Below, one piece after another: positions 24,871-37,234 of a stretch of 64,000 nt of DNA. The position numbers and the translations under genes were made by a program. How positions within the stretch are numbered: the stretch's first letter is position 1; every line of letters starts with the position of its first letter. A model generated the notes under the pieces. It had not been told where the DNA came from. It worked only from the letters and a program-made list of their open reading frames with translations, and made no database searches. The stretch comes from Octopus sinensis (lineage: Eukaryota): positions 15,934,001 to 15,998,000 of the forward strand of contig NC_043004.1 of the NCBI RefSeq assembly GCF_006345805.1. Direction: 5' to 3'.

Positions 24871-25941
24871 CAGGCCTTGTGTCAAAATTTGAAACCAACA
24901 TGTTAATAATTTGCATGAATTTTTAATGATTCCAGTAGTCGAGAGAAAGTATTCTGATTCGTTATGGGACGTGGCAATTTAAAAGGATCATACTATAGAG
25001 AGAGTATTTATTAATTAGCCGCTTACTTAATTACTAGCTGTTATATTGAGAGATCGGTGTATATTTTCTTCCTTTGCACATAATCTAAGACGTTTTATTT
25101 ACTTCAGCGTGTGTCGGTTCGCCTTGGTATTATGTACAAATGAAGTTTTGTACGTGTGTTTAAATGTGTGTTTATAATTCAAAGCTGTTATTCTGAGTAC
25201 CTGTTTAAGTAGAGCATGCTACACAGGCGCACATTACACACAGATACACTCACGGACGAAAGTGTTATAGAAATACAAATTACGTTTATCCTTACACTTA
25301 CCAAACCACTTAAATGTTGATATATTTCTCACTATAAATTTGTCTCTGTCTCGCAAGAGAATTAAGCTTATAAATTTCATATAATCAAATATATTCAAGA
25401 TATATTCAAAAGATAACATATTTACATCGACATAAGTATACACTTATGACTAGGTAAGAAGCATATATTTACTGATATTAACAATGACACATACATAAGC
25501 GCATAATTATGTATATATAAAATTCATCTCGAATCTTCTTGATTGAATGCATAATGTAAATAGTTTAAAATGTTTAGAAAATATCTTCCTCATCTTGCAT
25601 ATAAGAAATCCCTTATGTACGTATAGGTGTGTGGTTGCACTCAGGAACATGTGTGTTTGTAACTGAATACATATATATATGGCGGTGGAGAGCGTTTATA
25701 CACTCACATGTAGTGCTATTAAGGATGTAGGTTTAGGCATTTTTATATAATAGTAAATGAAAAATAAAACTGAATTTGGTGAAACTTGATCTTAGCATTA
25801 GATATCGAAATATATATTCAGGTAAAATGTCATTAACAACGCCAAGTCGCATACACTCTCATACACAAACGGAAGCATAGAGGTCCCCACTCAACCAGAT
25901 ATATATGCACAAATAGAAGAGTCTACATCAATATACATACA

Positions 25942-26492
25942 TTGTTTACTCCAGCAATCCATGCTACGACATATCCTCAATATTCGATGGGAAGTTCACA
26001 TTATCAAAAACGATGTTCTTCGCCGTGCCTCACTATCAAGCGTCGAAGCCATCGTCTCCGGTGGGCAGGTCACGTCCAGTGTATGGAGCCCTGTCGTCTC
26101 CCGAATATCATACTCTACGGAGAACTTGCAATCTAAACAAAATGCAGTGGAGGCCCGAAATTACGTTTTAAGGACCAGTTCAATCGAACGCTGGTTCAAA
26201 CTAACATGCTGCCATCCTCGTAGAAACATATTGCCAGGGATAGGACAGCCTGGACGACTCCCATCCGCAATGGAGCCAGCTCTTTTGAGCACAAAACAAA
26301 ACAGAATGTGGAATTAAAACGCAGATGAAAGTTGTGTCTTCAACATACTCGACCCGCACCGAGCATCCTGAGCGAATTCTACCAACGATTCTTTCAACAC
26401 CGACTTGGACTCTAAAGGAAGTCACATTCGGCACAAACATCTAACGAGGAGACTGGATAGAAACTGACGAACCAATGTTCGGATACGAGGTG
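25942..26492 (+). pseudogene. RTE-clade LINE 3' fragment
   Basis: LRHILNIRWE...NDVLRRA, HRLRWAGHVQCMEPCRLPNIILYGEL, GGPKLRFKDQ, DRTAW. Frameshifted. Confidence 0.8.
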
Positions 26493-26514
26493 TATATATA
26501 TATTATATATATAT

Positions 26515-26547
<33 letters not shown>

Positions 26548-27792
26548 GTATATATTTGCTGAAAGACGCGCCGCCGGTCGGTTTTCTGCTAACCACTTGA
26601 TAATATTTTCACATTTGATTCCCAATTTAGATAATATTTTGTGATACTGTCTGCCGTCATGCTGTTGAAGCAAAAAATTGTTTCCAGTCGCATATTTTGG
26701 TATTCTTTGGGTTGAACCCGCACAATTGCCAAAAAGAAAATAACCACTTTTGCTCGTTAATTTCCGTAACAAAAATTGTTTCATTTGTTTCAAAGTGAAA
26801 GGATGGGGGAAAGGGAAAGATGTACGTACGTATGTGTGAAATGGACATGTGTGTGTGTATGAGAGAGAGAGTGAGAGAGTGAGTGAGAGAAGTCTTGTGC
26901 TGTCATGTAAACGTACATACATAAATATGCATACATATTTTTTGTATGTATGTGTGCATGTGCGTATGGGGGATAGAGAGTGGAAGGGATTAAGTGAGTA
27001 CCACTTACACCACTCTCTCTATCTATCTATCTCTCTCGCGCACGCATACAAAAAAGATGCATCCATGTGTATGTACACATACATGACAACACACTCCTTC
27101 CCTCACTCTCTCTCTCTCTCTCACACACAAAAATAGACATACATACACAACTGTATACAAACGTACATACAAAATCACATGTGTGCGTGTGTGACTAACT
27201 ACAAATACATAGAGACAGTGTGTGTTTGTATGTGTGTGTGTAAGAGACAGAGAGAAAGGAGAGCGAGAGAGAAAGAGAGAGAGAGAGAGAGAGCATTGCA
27301 AACAATAAATGACATAAACATGAAATGAAAAAAAACGTATAAATAAAAGCTCGTTAAAAACTATCTTGCACTGAAAATTCAAATTTGTGAATTTGAAATA
27401 TTCAATAAAAAAACTCAATTGCATAATAAATATTTCTTTCAGTAATTTGTCGTAGTTGTTTGCAAATAGCAAATTAAACTTAGAATGAAAACATTAAAAT
27501 TGACAGTGAGAGACTTCGCAAAACAAAAAAGAAAAATTTCGCCATTGCTACGTCAGATCAGAAGGTTGACATTGAACAACCTTTATAAATAATTGAACCA
27601 TATATATATAAAGCAATATCATTCTTTTTTAATAAACAATTAATCTGAAGACCCAATCATGTGTCGGATATCAAATTATTCATGCATTCCATGTATGGAA
27701 CTAATTCGCGCAGCCGTTTTCGTGTGAAAAGCAAATACACACATGTGCAATTTATATATAAAAATATATATATACATATATATGTATGTATA

Positions 27793-27836
<44 letters not shown>

Positions 27837-28355
27837 GAGAGAGAGAGAAAAAGCAATAAGAAAATGGAGGGGATTAATAGATAGTTCAGCAACTTTTAGA
27901 CATTATATTATGTAAATTTATTTATTTACTAAAATGACAATTACAAGAATATACATACATGTATAACATATTATGCTTTACAAATAAAATATATAAAGAT
28001 ATCAGTAATTATTTAAATGTAACATACAGGAATATAAATTGGGAAAATACCTTACAAGTGTTTCAGCCAAGAGGCAAAAATACCTCATGCTATCTTTATT
28101 CCTCCAGTAGACTGAAGTAATTAGTAGAGGAAAATGAGGTACTTTGGTGTTTCTCTAGTCTTCGTCAAAGATTTTTTAGAAAGTACATAAGGTTAAGTTA
28201 TAAATATAAATATAAATAAAAACACACACGTTTACATACTTATACATAAACATATGCATACATATATAAATATACATAAATACATATACCCTCACATAAA
28301 TGTACATACATATTTGCATTTATAAGGATACACGATAATCAATTATTATTATTAC

Positions 28356-28420
<65 letters not shown>

Positions 28421-29320
28421 GAGGCATTATATTATTCATATTCGATAAAATATAAACAGATCTCAGTTATAAGAAGAGTAATATTGTAATTCATAAAATC
28501 AATATATCTTAAAGTTATTTCAGTTATGTAAGAACGAAACTGCATACATATGAGGAACACACATATATATTCACACATATATTCACACATATATTCACAC
28601 AAATATATATACATATATATTTCCGCTCAAACATACTCATATGTACATACGTATTATATGTGTTTAGAAGGGAGGATCAGAGCAGTTTGGTCCAATTGTT
28701 TTCCAGCATGTATTTTAACCATATAGTACCCATTTATGTTAGTAATTATATTAATGATTCACATAGACTTATACATAATACAAATTTAACAAATCGAAAA
28801 TAAGATACGCTCGCCGAAAAGAATTGCAAATACACGGGATTCTAAAAAACACCGTTGCAAGCGAAAGACCCTGCGAACAACGGAAAGAGAATCACAGAAA
28901 CTGTAAGCCAAATCCCTTCTTTTACTCTTTTCATTTCACCCTTGTTTTAAATGCACTTAACTCAGTATGACTAAAGCTTTGATGATATTCATTTCTTGTC
29001 GACTGCTACTAACTCTATTGAATTTCGTACATTTCAACAAGTTGATTACCAGTTTTTATATGAAGATTTGAACTTGTCCGCTTTGAAACTATTAAACGTG
29101 TTTTTCTCATTCATAATTCTAAAATTGTGCGTTATGAACATTCAAACTTGTCAGTATTAAAACATTTAAACGTGTTTTTCTAATTCATAATCCAAAATTT
29201 TTACCATTGATAAACAAAAAAATATTATTGAAACTACCACGGGATATATATCAATAAATTTATTTTTAAATAATCACAAGGTTTTCATATTTAGGTGCAA
29301 TTGCAATAAAAAATATACCT

Positions 29321-29415
<95 letters not shown>

Positions 29416-29444
29416 CATACATACATATTTATATATACATACAT

Positions 29445-29487
<43 letters not shown>

Positions 29488-29488
29488 T

Positions 29489-29520
<32 letters not shown>

Positions 29521-30261
29521 ATATATAAATGTGTGTGTTTGTCAGTGTGTGTCTGTGTGTATGCACGCGCGTATTTACAATCATTTAATCGCGAAGAAAG
29601 TGAAGGAAATAGCACTCGTGTACCTATTACTGAGTTTAATGGTGGGATGCATTTTTCTTTCCTTTGCAGCTCAAAATATTTACAGAACCTTACTTTGAAT
29701 ATCACATTCAAGATCTTTCCCTCTGGTTATCGGTTACGGGCAACTCGGTTTACCGGATTGTGAAGATTAGTCCCAACTTGGTTTGCACAAGACTACAGTA
29801 CACAAGATGGCAAACACACATACATACACTCACACTCACACCCACACATACACACGCACACACGCACACGCTCAAACACAAACACACAAACTCACACACA
29901 CATACACACAAATATATATATATATAGCTAACCATACATAAATGAGTTATACATCTATATGCTTAAAACAATATAACTTTCTATCTAACTCTCTATATAC
30001 GTTTATTTGTGAATGTGTGTGTGTATGTGTGCATGTGTGTGTGCGTGTGTGTGTGTTTTTGTGTTTGTATGCAATTACACAGATGTACATGCGTGTGTAC
30101 GTCGCTATCTACCTTCGTGCACTTTTGTGTCTATATGCGTTTGTATGATTGCGCAGTTTTTTGGTATGCAATCGCCATCCAGAGATTTTATCGCGTCTGT
30201 TACGAATAACATTATTTGGATGGACTCGCTGCACTCATACTTATATCCTAACCAGATGCCT

Positions 30262-30342
<81 letters not shown>

Positions 30343-31984
30343 TTGCACTAAGATGCAACAACGATGCTTTCCGAAAAGCTGTATAGCTTGTATCATACAA
30401 GTGATTTTTGTCTTATGTACCCAATGTAGGTTTAATATTAGGAGCGAATAGAATCACGCAAACAAAGAACGATGTCACTGATCAATATACTAGTATTAAT
30501 GAATAAATATTATTTGAAAATATAATATTTTGTTGAATTTTTTCCGAGATAAAAAATTAGATTTTTATGCTGAATTTATTCTGCCTAGAGAATATACTAA
30601 AAGTCAGAATGAATAACCAGGAGAGAAAGACAATATAAATACATATACAAATACAGTGCATAGTTTCTGAATATTATAGTCATTTCCATACTTTTGATCA
30701 CTAAATCGGAGAATGAGTCTCCGTATACTTATACAGTATTTATTCTTTATATTATTAGCTTGCGATTGGTTCATATTTATGCACATATTTCAACGCCTGT
30801 GTCATGAGGGACTGATAACACCACTTCGCTATATTTAAGCTATCAGAGTAAACATTACAACGTCACATGCTTAACTGAAGTATTTTATTGAATGGCATGA
30901 CTGAAATTTAAAACACACATTAATTATCTTGATCATCACCAGCTTTATTTCTGTGGGCCTGGAAAGCGTTTACTGCATACAGGTAAGGTGTATTCCTGTT
31001 GAGATTTGCACAAAAGCCAGCTAGAATTTCAAAATACAACAGCAATGCCTGTGAACCTAAGAGGTCCACTAAAATCAATTTGCTTGAATGATTATATAAA
31101 AAAAAATCACGGCTTGCACGGTGTACAGTGAGATGATGATGAAAGAACATTTGCATATTTATCCTTGATATCTCCAGGCTGGTTCGGACACAAATTATGC
31201 TGGACGCTGTACTGTATGTCTTAAGAAAATAACTTCTCCATTTTAAACAACAGCGTATTAAAATCCCTCAAACTGAGGGCTTTGTTTATGCTTCCAGATC
31301 ATTGGTGCTTATATGAGCCAACCGATAAAAGATCGTTGTTCGTAATCTGTACAGTATGATCTGGTTTGAATATTTGCCTACTCATTCTAAACGCATTCTG
31401 AAGCAAAAAATTTGGGAGTCGTAGTGTATGGTTTATGACAACAAATCTTCTCTATGAGCCAGCTGTGTGTTACCAAGATTAAAATAAGTATATGTTATGA
31501 CCCTTCTTTTTTTGCTTGGAAAGTGATCGTAGATGGTGAGCCTACGCAGGGTCACGTGTGGACTAGAAGTTGCACCCACATTTCTCTTTCCCACGATTTT
31601 TTATTTCCTAAGGCACAAAACAAAATAATTAGCAGAATAATAGTAAACAAGTTTCCTGTTAAAATTGTTGCCTTTTAACTGATAACCAGAGGGAGAGAGA
31701 CAAGGAAACCTGAGCAGAAAGCTGAAATAGAGATTGGAAGTCAAACGGAGTGGACAGCGCACGCGAGATTTGAATAAGGAAATGTATAAGAAACAAAGAT
31801 TCAACGGAGAGAACAGAGAGAACTATAACAGGAAAACAAAGAGATTTTGCATTCAGCTGTCGGGAGAGAACAGTCTCTATATACATACAAATGAAAGAGG
31901 TAAGGAGAGACAAACATATAATTCCTTCAGTAAATATGCTTACACCGACACACACATAAACACACACATACATACATACATACA

Positions 31985-32015
<31 letters not shown>

Positions 32016-32018
32016 GTA

Positions 32019-32182
32019 TAGACGCAGGAATGGTTGTGGTAAGTAGCTTGCTTACCAAGCACATGGTTCTAGATTCCGTCCCCTTGCGTGGCACCTTGGT
32101 AGCGTCTTCTACTATAGTCTCGGACTGACCTAACTCTTGTGAGGGGACTTGATAGTTGCAAATTGAAAGAAGTTCATCGTAT

Positions 32183-32224
<42 letters not shown>

Positions 32225-32410
32225 TGTGTGTGTTTGTCCCACCAACATCGCTTGACAACCGATGCTGGTGTGTTTACTTCCCAGTAACTTAGCGGTTCGG
32301 CATAAGAGGTCGATAAAATAAGTACTAGCCTTACAAAGAATAAGTCCTGGGGTCGATTTGCTCGACTAAAAGCGCAGTCAGATGACTGAAACAAGTAAGA
32401 GAATAAAAAA
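32019..32410 (+). mobile_element. Full-length bipartite tRNA-derived SINE with internal (TA)/(TG) microsatellite
   Basis: Head GACGCAGGAATGGTTGTGGTAAGTAGC..GCGTGGCACCTTGG; (TA)n(TG)n at ~32180-32232; body TTTGTCCC..CATCGCTTGACAACCGATGCTGGTGTGTTTAC..GCGGTTCGGC; tail GATGACTGAAACAAGTAAGAGAATAAAA. Confidence 0.85.
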
Positions 32411-33787
32411 AAATTATATGTATCTTATTCTTGTGTTGATTCTTCACCCACGTGACGTTTTAATTTTATATTTACAGATTAGAATTTTATTGTGGATATT
32501 TTTCGTCAACTCTCTTAATATTTTACATATTTTTCGTATATTTTTCATAAATATTTTACATATATTTCGTGAAGCGTTTTTGTTTATATTCGTTGCAACG
32601 AATGTCTTTGAGTTCAAACCCGAGTGAGGCTAGAATAAGCTATTCTGTATTTTTATTGAAGATGTAGAACACCATTATTTAATGTGTCCTTCATTTCAAA
32701 AATGTTAGCGCATAGTGTAAGGTAAGATATTCCACAATTTAATCAGCGAATGGTGTATATTTCTTAATAGTTTAAAAACACTCAGTTGAAACTATGGCTA
32801 TGTCCACTATGTGTCACACTGATTCCGTTCCAGAATTACATTAAGCCACATATATCTATGGAACACTCTGCCAAATTATACTACAATTAGATCCAAGACT
32901 TGTGATTAACTCGATCCGAAAAAGCTAAATAATTTTATCGTGAAATCCATTTTGTACCGGTTTCAGTCTTTTTTTACTTTTTCAGCTAAGATTCAAGCAG
33001 GAAAAACTTAGACTGACAAATATTTTCAGAGACTTCAAATAGGTAGGACATTTTCCTTTTTTCTGTCTCTCTCTCTTTTTCCTTTGTGAAGGCTCGGTAG
33101 ATTGTAGCAGATCTGAAAGAAATAGTGTTTATGGGCACAAAGGAATGTTGGTTCTGAAGTTTTGCTGTTTAAGTAGCAGCAGCCAAAGAAGAAAAGGAAG
33201 AAGAAGAAGAAGAAGAAGAGTAAGTAGAGGAAGAAAACAACAAGAGGATGGAGAAGAAAAGAAAGGAAAACGGGAAGGGTATGACCCAGTAGTAGAGACT
33301 GTTCGTGTAATCTTCAATGGTCAAATGACCTAAAAGTGATCTGTTATGGTTGTAGCAGTAGTGGTAGGAACTGTTGTAAATAAATCCAGGGGTAGTGACT
33401 GCTCTTAATATATCTATCGTTTTTAATATTTGCGTGGGTATTATTCTGAGATCCTTGTAATATTGTCATCGATGGTGGAAGCATTCAAAAGTGGTTTAGA
33501 GTTTGCGATAAAATATGATTCTCTGCTTCTGCGTTGATTATAGTTTGCATTGTCCCCGAATGTATAGTTAATACTATACTGTATATAGTTAATATTTTAG
33601 ATTAATAGGTTATATGTAGATTAGTGTGTTGCAGTATTTAGTAGTAAGGGTTATTAGTACTGCTAAAAATGAGCATGCGTCTCATCGATACTTTCTCTAT
33701 TAATACCATTGTGGGCTCTGTATTATTCCAATGCAAAACAATGCAGCTGTTATCAGTTGGTTGCTCAGTATCGATAACTAAAAGAAC

Positions 33788-34126
33788 GGTACTTTTGGAT
33801 TGTCTCACCCCATGAAAAAAATTGGGTTATCTCCCCACTAAAGAATTGAGTTTATGTGGCTTCAAGAGATTGGATTAAAAGAGTTAGATCCTTTTGATTC
33901 AATGCTTCAGTTTTATATGAATTGTTATAAAAACATTATGAGATTCAATACGATGTTTCATGTTTTCAATTTTCATCTTTATTAATTTTTCTTTTTTGTT
34001 TTTCTTTTATTGAAGGCTAAACAATTATTTTAGGTGAGAAAAATAACCAAAAGTACCGATATTTCTCATAAAGGGGGGGGGGATAACCCAATTTTTTAAT
34101 GGGTGGGGAGATAACCAAAAAGTACC
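33788..34126. mobile_element. 339-bp MITE with ~50-bp TIRs starting GGTAC and an 8-bp TSD (Merlin-like)
   Basis: Left GGTACTTTTGGATTGTCTCACCCATGAAAAAAATTGGGTTATCTCCCC; right, reverse-complemented, GGTACTTTTTGGTTATCTCCCCACCCATTAAAAAATTGGGTTATCCCCCC. AAAAGAAC flanks both sides (33780-33787, 34127-34134). Confidence 0.85.
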
Positions 34127-34387
34127 AAAAGAACATGTAAGGATACCCAGTTTCATGTCGTTCGCGAAACGAACTTCTTTATGGATTTTTCAGTCAGATT
34201 CAATCGTCATTCCGACACCTTGTTATTGTAACGTTGAAGAATGTGTACCATTCTGAAGAACCAGACGTGCTTTCATGCCGAAGAGAAATTGAGTAATGTT
34301 GATTCAAGTCACCAAATGGTAATACAAAACGATCACTATATATATATATATATATAAGCGAGAAAGAAGCAACAAGAATGGATAGGT

Positions 34388-34478
34388 TTTTAGTACAATC
34401 GTTTCATACAAGGACAGGCTTTATTAAAAGTTGTAAAAATTACAGCATATAAACGTGTCCCGTACTCATCAGCTAAAA
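34388..34478 (-). ncRNA. Type I hammerhead ribozyme motif (left arm of palindrome)
   Basis: TTTTAG-CTGATGA-GTACGGGAC...GTCCTTGTAT-GAAAC-GATT-GTA-CTAAAA. Same as the right-arm copy but with a 1-nt bulge in stem II. Confidence 0.75.
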
Positions 34479-35041
34479 TACATGTGAGTTCTCTAGACAT
34501 CCTAGTGGTTGAGGCTATACTCATGAAGTAATGTAGATAATTAAGTAACATAAACAGATTTCCAAAGTTCATTAAAGTTCTTTAAAGATGATGTACAGTC
34601 TTATCACAGAATTTTAAAAAGGTTCTAATAGCATCACAGAGAAGGTGACCTAATCCATAGAGCACATATGAATTTCAGAGATATGATGAGGGATTACATA
34701 CTCACAGAAGACAAATTTATCCATTGTTAATCACAACGAGGTGGGTCTCAATTCCTGCTTATTAGCAGGAATTGAGACCCACCCGTGGATTAACAATGGA
34801 TAAATTTGTCTTCTGTGAGTATGTAATCCCTCATCATATCTCTGGAAATTCATATGTGCTCTATGGATTAGGTCACCTTCTCTGTGATGCTATTAGAACC
34901 TTTTTAAAATTCTGTGATAAGACTGTACATCATCTTTAAAGAACTTTAATGAACTTTGGAAAATGTTTATGTTACTTAATTATCTACATTACTTCATGAG
35001 TATAGCCTCAACCACTAGGATGTCTAGAGAACTCACATGTA

Positions 35042-35130
35042 TTTTAGCTGATGAGTACGGGACACGTTTTATGCTGTAATTTTTACAACTTTTAATAAAG
35101 CCTGTCCTGTATGAAACGATTGTACTAAAA
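35042..35130 (+). ncRNA. Type I hammerhead ribozyme motif, intact (right arm of palindrome)
   Basis: Stem I TTTTAG/CTAAAA (6 bp); core CTGATGA at 35048-35054; stem II GTACGGGAC/GTCCTGTAT (9 bp including 2 G.U); GAAAC at 35113-35117; GATT; GUA triplet with predicted cut after 35124. Confidence 0.85.
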
Positions 35131-35279
35131 ACCTATCCATTCTTGTTGCTTCTTTCTCGCTTATAATCACCCCACATTACTGTATTGTTAAAACAGTATA
35201 GTTTGCTTTTGGTGCATCTAAGTTAGGTACCATATTCAAGTAAAATCATTTAAATTACTTGAATCTTTATTGTTTTTGT

Positions 35280-35315
<36 letters not shown>

Positions 35316-35540
35316 CATACATGTATAGTGAGAATATATGACTTTATATATTATACACTATGTATATATGTGTTTGTGTGTGAGCCTACTCATGTGTATG
35401 GATATATATATATATACGTGTGTGTGTGTGTGTGTGTGTCCGTGCGCGTGTGTGTGCGTGAGTGTGTGTATGTGTATATACTTATAGATATATTTTTATA
35501 CACATTTTTATATATGTTTATATGTATTATTTATTATATC

Positions 35541-35583
<43 letters not shown>

Positions 35584-36609
35584 TATATATAAATGTGTAC
35601 ATACATAGATATACGCCACTCATATTTATGTATACCAAACATACACATTTATTCATTTTCATAAATACAAATGAAACACATACATACACACATATGCAAG
35701 TACGTATGCACATGTGATTTTGTGACTATCTTCGAACAGGTATATGACACAGACTTATTCAAAAGGCATCTGTAATCTGTGTATGATTCTGTTTGTCGTC
35801 AATATTACATTGTGAATCTAATTTCCGCTAACATAATGCACTTTGCCATGTCCATCTCTTTGCCTCTTCTATATCCAGTATCTAGGTTATCAATAAATAT
35901 TTGCTTCAATTGATTTTCGTGAAAACGAATATATTGTTCCCTGAATATCGCATGCGTATGTAGTGAGCATGATCAGGATGGTAAACGTTTTCCTCGAGCA
36001 AGGAAATGTAAGATATTACGTTGGAAGGGAAAAACTTAATGGAAAATGATAATGAAATTCTAAATTTAGGAATAAAACTAAACAATAACTTCGCATCTTT
36101 TAGGAAACAATTTCCAGGATAAATACAGCAAAAAGAATATTGCATTGTATTGCTCACTTTTTTCATCACTGTGTATAGTTAATTATGTTTTCTATGATAA
36201 AATGGTACAACTTTGTACACAACATCAACCAAAATCTTTTTCGATTTCCTAATACATGAAATTTGTGCTCGTAAAATTGCTTAATGTAATGTCTTTGTTT
36301 CGTACTATAATCAGATGTTTTTTAGACGTATGCATTCACAGTATCTTTTGGGTAATAACATAGCATCGTTTGTATTTTTCAATACCAACATGCATCTCAT
36401 TAACAGGATCCATGTCTGTAGTTATTATGCACCGTTTTATCTGTCATTGTTGCAAAAGAAAATTTACATTTCACCATAGTTAGTTGCCCGTCCATTTCTT
36501 TTTCTCGCTGGCTATAGGCCTGCTCTATTAGTGACTGTCAGTCAACAAACAAGTCAATGTTTCCAGCCTTCGAGTGGGATTTAGTTATTAGCTGGTTTAT
36601 GTTTTATCT

Positions 36610-36845
36610 TTTAACTCTTTCCATTATTTCACTGTAACCATGCTGGGGTATCGTGTCGAAGGGCTTAATGGAAGAAATCGACTGTAATAAAGGCTTTCCG
36701 TTAAGCCTGGCACTTTTCTGTCGGTATTTTCCCCGGACCTCTAAGCTACGGAGACGTAAACAAACCAATACCGAATCTGAAGCATTTTTAGGAGATGAAC
36801 ATAAAGACACACACATAGATACATGAAAAGAATAAATACACGTGC
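36610..36845 (-). mobile_element. Degenerate SINE body
   Basis: ACCATGCTGGGG..TCG..GAAGGG.TTA...CCTCTAAGCTACGGAGACGTAAACAAACCAA, similar to 41034-41210 and 51425-51620. Confidence 0.55.
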
Positions 36846-36861
36846 GCACACCCATGTATAT

Positions 36862-37085
36862 ATATATATATATATATATATAAAGTTAATCCAAACAAGA
36901 AAGCACAAAAAAACACAACAACGCGAGGACTTGGAACAAATATAGTATTATTGGACGCACAGGAAAGAAGGAAAGAAGGAGGGTTTAACGTTTCGAGCGG
37001 AGCTCTTCGTCGGAAACATAGGAGAAGGAAAGATCCAGAGAAGGGAAGACAGAGGAAAAAAATCGCCAACGGTACACACGAGGTC
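36862..37085 (-). mobile_element. Penelope-LTR-like repeat carrying a 35-nt hammerhead-like motif
   Basis: Flanked by (TA)n and (CA)n. It contains the HHR-like motif at 36983-37017 and pyrimidine-rich downstream sequence on the minus strand. Confidence 0.5.
36983..37017 (-). ncRNA. Minimal hammerhead-like motif with U4-to-C core variant
   Basis: GTTT-CCGACGA-A-GAGC-TCC-GCTC-GAAAC-GTT-AAAC. All stems pair, but the core reads CCGA rather than CUGA. Confidence 0.55.
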
Positions 37086-37108
37086 ACACACACACACACA
37101 CACATATA

Positions 37109-37168
<60 letters not shown>

Positions 37169-37234
37169 GCTAAATTGTCGCCATATTATATTTTTAATTT
37201 AGCGCTTGCACATTATTTTTGATTTTATCAACTA

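Larger units (their letters stand above)
34353..35165. repeat. ~810-bp near-perfect palindrome (two ~405-bp arms, 4-nt central loop)
   Basis: The arms are reverse complements from TATAAGCGAGAAAGAAGC to GCTTCTTTCTCGCTTATA, apart from a few 1-2-nt indels. A perfect 20-bp stem (34740-34759/34764-34783) closes a TATT loop. Confidence 0.97.

Noticed and set aside
30920-31156. ORF containing SKLILVDLLGSQ, reminiscent of kinesin KLxLVDLAGSE
   Set aside because: The upstream SSRSH motif is missing, the key A and E residues differ, and no supporting exon structure is visible. The ORF actually reads on the minus strand although the track labels it +.
33480-33560. Minus-strand RRSRESYFIANSKPLLN resembling a GIY-YIG C-terminus
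   Set aside because: Too short to call, with no upstream GIY/YIG motifs or LTR seen.
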